From Mytilus trossulus (lineage: Eukaryota), in contig NC_086380.1 of the NCBI RefSeq assembly GCF_036588685.1, positions 33,520,313-33,530,312 of the forward strand: a stretch of DNA of 10,000 bases, in the 5' to 3' direction. A model generated the notes under the pieces. It did no database searches, was not told the origin of the DNA, and was given only the letters and a program-made list of their open reading frames with translations. This document shows positions 7,999 to 10,000 of the stretch, one piece after another (positions within the stretch are counted from its first letter, which is position 1; each line of letters begins with the position of its first letter). The translations under genes and the position numbers were made by a program.

Positions 7999-8182
7999 GT
8001 CATAGTGCTGTGATTTTTGTTCCGGAACTTATTTCACACTTGGTTAGAAAATTAGTTCTGGAACAAATTTTATAGTGCTGGAACATATTTTCTGTGACAT
8101 AAGTTCCGCTGGAACATATTTCCTATGAAATTTGTTCCAGAGGAACAAATGTCACGCCGGAACAAATTTTTTGTTACATATA
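7999..8182 (-). repeat. Right subterminal arm: inverted copies of the GTGAAATAAGTTCC / GTGAAATTTGTTCC motifs with repeated GTTCC-N(0-3)-GGAAC palindromes (gttccggaac, gttctggaac, gttccgctggaac, gttccagaggaac)
   Basis: Seen directly. ggaacttatttcac is the reverse complement of gtgaaataagttcc. The same palindromic motif class occurs in the left arm (gttccagtggaac 6990-7002, gttctgggagaac 7009-7021). Confidence 0.8.
8159..8182 (-). repeat. Right terminal inverted repeat of the 1.23-kb element
   Basis: See the element feature. Confidence 0.7.
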
Positions 8183-8881
8183 CAGGCTTAAGTTTGGAGG
8201 TCTTTAGAAAGTCATATAAAAGAGACACTTAAAGCCATCATTTTGTATAATTTTATTTATGAAGAATGTCACCTTCAAGTTGCTTATTCTTTAGTTTTCT
8301 ATGTCATGTGTCATTGGTTCTATTGTTTGTCTATTTGTCTTCTTTCATATTTAGCCAGGCGTTGTAAGTTTATGTTCAATTTATAAATTTGACTGTCCCT
8401 CTGGTATCTTTCGTCCCTATTTCAATGCAAATTCTAACAACAGAAGTCTTAGTTTAAAATAATTTGTCTGATGAATTAAATTATTTCATATGTCAAGTTA
8501 GTCTGATTGATATGCAAAGTATGCTTATTAATAGAGATTTTAATGTTTCCTGATGAATAATCATTATCTTTCAACCATATATGGCATAATAGAATGTCTA
8601 TCATCAAAAAGAACGAACGAGAATTCTCACAAATGTATTTCTCATATATTGATTATATGATTGTCTTGCATGTTGAAAACGATTTTTAGCGAGTTTCAAA
8701 AATTATAAAGCAACCATTTCCCTATTTCAATTCACAAACAAATTTATAAAACATACAGTCTTTGATTCCTTTACATATACGTAATCTCTACAATCCCTAC
8801 CCCGTTACTTTATTATTTGGTATATTGATGTATGTCTCAATTTTAATACAAATTAAAATATCAAGTTTGTGAATAGCTGTA

Positions 8882-8907
8882 AAAAAAATAATTAGTAATT
8901 ACAGGTA
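8882..8907 (+). repeat. Partial third copy of the inverted-repeat end motif: A8-run + AGTAATTACAGGTA (identical 14-mer to 9242-9255, also preceded by an A8 run)
   Basis: Seen directly. aaaaaaaataattagtaattacaggta versus aaaaaaaagtaattacaggta. Confidence 0.6.
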
Positions 8908-9243
8908 CAAAAAATTAATATGTTTGAAATTTTCAAAAAAGAATTTCTTCAATATCATGAAATATTGATAAATAAAGAAGGCAAATATGAAAAATTCCAT
9001 AATCTGGTTGCAGCAAAAATTAAATTAATTTCATAAATTTATTATACATCGTGCTATCATATTTCTATTCAGTTACATACATGTCATTATTACTATATAT
9101 ACATATTGTGCTCTAACAAGTTCTAACTTATCAATAAAATGCTATATACTAACGTTAACGAGGCCGGGATAAGGTACCGGTACTTCATGTATCTCTAACA
9201 AATGTAAAATTCAAATAAAATATTATAACACTTAAAAAAAAGT

Positions 9244-9311
9244 AATTACAGGTATTTACTGAATTGTGTAGTAATTACGTGTCATTCCTAATTTCACGTA
9301 TTTACTGTAAC
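9244..9311 (+). repeat. Right copy of the inverted repeat pair. The two copies bracket ~3.86 kb (5456-9311)
   Basis: See the partner feature. Either TIRs of a ~3.9-kb composite element, or two inverted copies of a short dispersed repeat. Confidence 0.75.
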
Positions 9312-9691
9312 ATATACACCTGTGAATCTGCAGTCACAACTCTAAGGAACTAATTACCTAAAAATCTGACACCTATAATTTCATTGTGTAATTTAAAAGA
9401 ATCAAGCTGTATTAAAGAAATGTGGTACACAAATGTTTCTTGTAAACCATTTAAAAGGAGTAGGTCCGGTAAGGACCGATTTTGGCCTCAAATTTTAGTT
9501 TCATCTGATGAAAGATTTTGACCACTTTTTAAACACTTAAGTTTCTATTTCAATGGTTTCGATTAATTTATGTGAAAGATTTAAACTTATTTCGTCATTA
9601 AAAACGATCCGATTCAAGCTCAAATACGGAAAATCTACTAAATATGCGGAAAAATGTCACTTTTCACATGGTTTTTGTCCAAAACGAAATT

Positions 9692-9788
9692 GGCCCCATC
9701 CGTGTTCATCCTCAACCTTTATATATGTTATGTATCATCATCAAATACAACTTCCATTTCAATATTTTGGATGAACACGAATGTGGCC
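9692..9788. repeat. Inverted repeat with 20-bp arms (ggccccatccgtgttcatcc / ggatgaacacgaatgtggcc, 18/20) separated by a 57-bp AT-rich loop
   Basis: Seen directly. Arms at 9692-9711 and 9769-9788. Confidence 0.7.
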
Positions 9789-10000
9789 ACTTTCTTTATA
9801 CACGGAAACCGTCTAAAATTTAAGTAAAATGCTGAAATTGTTACGATTTCAGTAATTTAGCATGACTTTATGGTGCTAGTACCCAATATATGTGCATTGT
9901 ATTTTCAAAAACAGTCCATATTTATGTAGCAGAACCATTTTACTATCCAATAAATAACTAAAAGTTTACATTTTAACAATTTTGTAAAACTGCCATATTT

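Larger units (their letters stand above)
6955..8182. mobile_element. ~1.23-kb foldback-type non-autonomous DNA transposon-like element (MITE-like). 24-bp TIRs, apparent 4-bp TSD CAGG, long subterminal repeat arms, AT-rich non-coding core containing a 68-bp palindrome
   Basis: Left TIR TATATGTgagccAAAATTTGTTCC (6955-6978) versus reverse complement of right TIR (8159-8182) TATATGTaacaaAAAATTTGTTCC, 19/24 identical. CAGG directly flanks both ends (6951-6954, 8183-8186). The arms 6955-7260 and 7999-8182 are inverted copies of the same repeat family. Confidence 0.7.

Noticed and set aside
7760-8075. 77-aa (-) and 101-aa (+) ORFs
   Set aside because: Both begin on opposite arms of the 68-bp palindrome (hence the mirrored MQSSRSL / MGD...CMGD peptides) and continue into subterminal repeat DNA. 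Artefacts of the hairpin.
9553-9774. 73-aa plus-strand ORF
   Set aside because: Ends inside the 20-bp-arm inverted repeat. Composition unremarkable and no domain recognisable. Not supportable as a gene.

Overview
AT-rich eukaryotic genomic DNA (roughly one-third GC, long T/A runs, no prokaryotic-style gene packing). I found no convincing protein-coding gene or RNA gene anywhere in the 10 kb. Every ORF in the six-frame track is at most 117 aa, low-complexity, and lies inside a repeat or palindrome. The window is a nest of repeats. (1) A tandem satellite with alternating 573/569-bp monomers occupies 1-2302 and 3607-5205. The two blocks meet at the same monomer phase, so they were one array later split by a ~1.3-kb insertion (2303-3606). 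That insertion has imperfect inverted ends and carries a 30-bp minisatellite bracketed by a G6/C6 inverted repeat. (2) The right edge of the satellite is marked by (TA)n tracts and a pair of 37-bp direct repeats. (3) An ~82%-identical inverted repeat pair of about 66-68 bp (5456-5521 and 9244-9311) brackets ~3.86 kb. (4) Inside that span lies a ~1.23-kb foldback-type non-autonomous DNA-transposon-like element (6955-8182). It has 24-bp terminal inverted repeats and an apparent 4-bp target-site duplication CAGG. Its ~300-bp and ~200-bp subterminal arms are full of GTGAAATAAGTTCC / GTGA(A/G)ATTTGTTCC repeats and GTTCC-N(0-3)-GGAAC palindromes. (5) A 68-bp near-perfect palindrome (7761-7828) sits within that element and is itself flanked by a 9-bp direct repeat GCCTTTAAT, so it may be a nested micro-insertion. 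All coordinates are hand-counted and may be off by 1-2 bp. I cannot assign a taxon from sequence alone. An invertebrate (possibly molluscan) genome is plausible but unproven.
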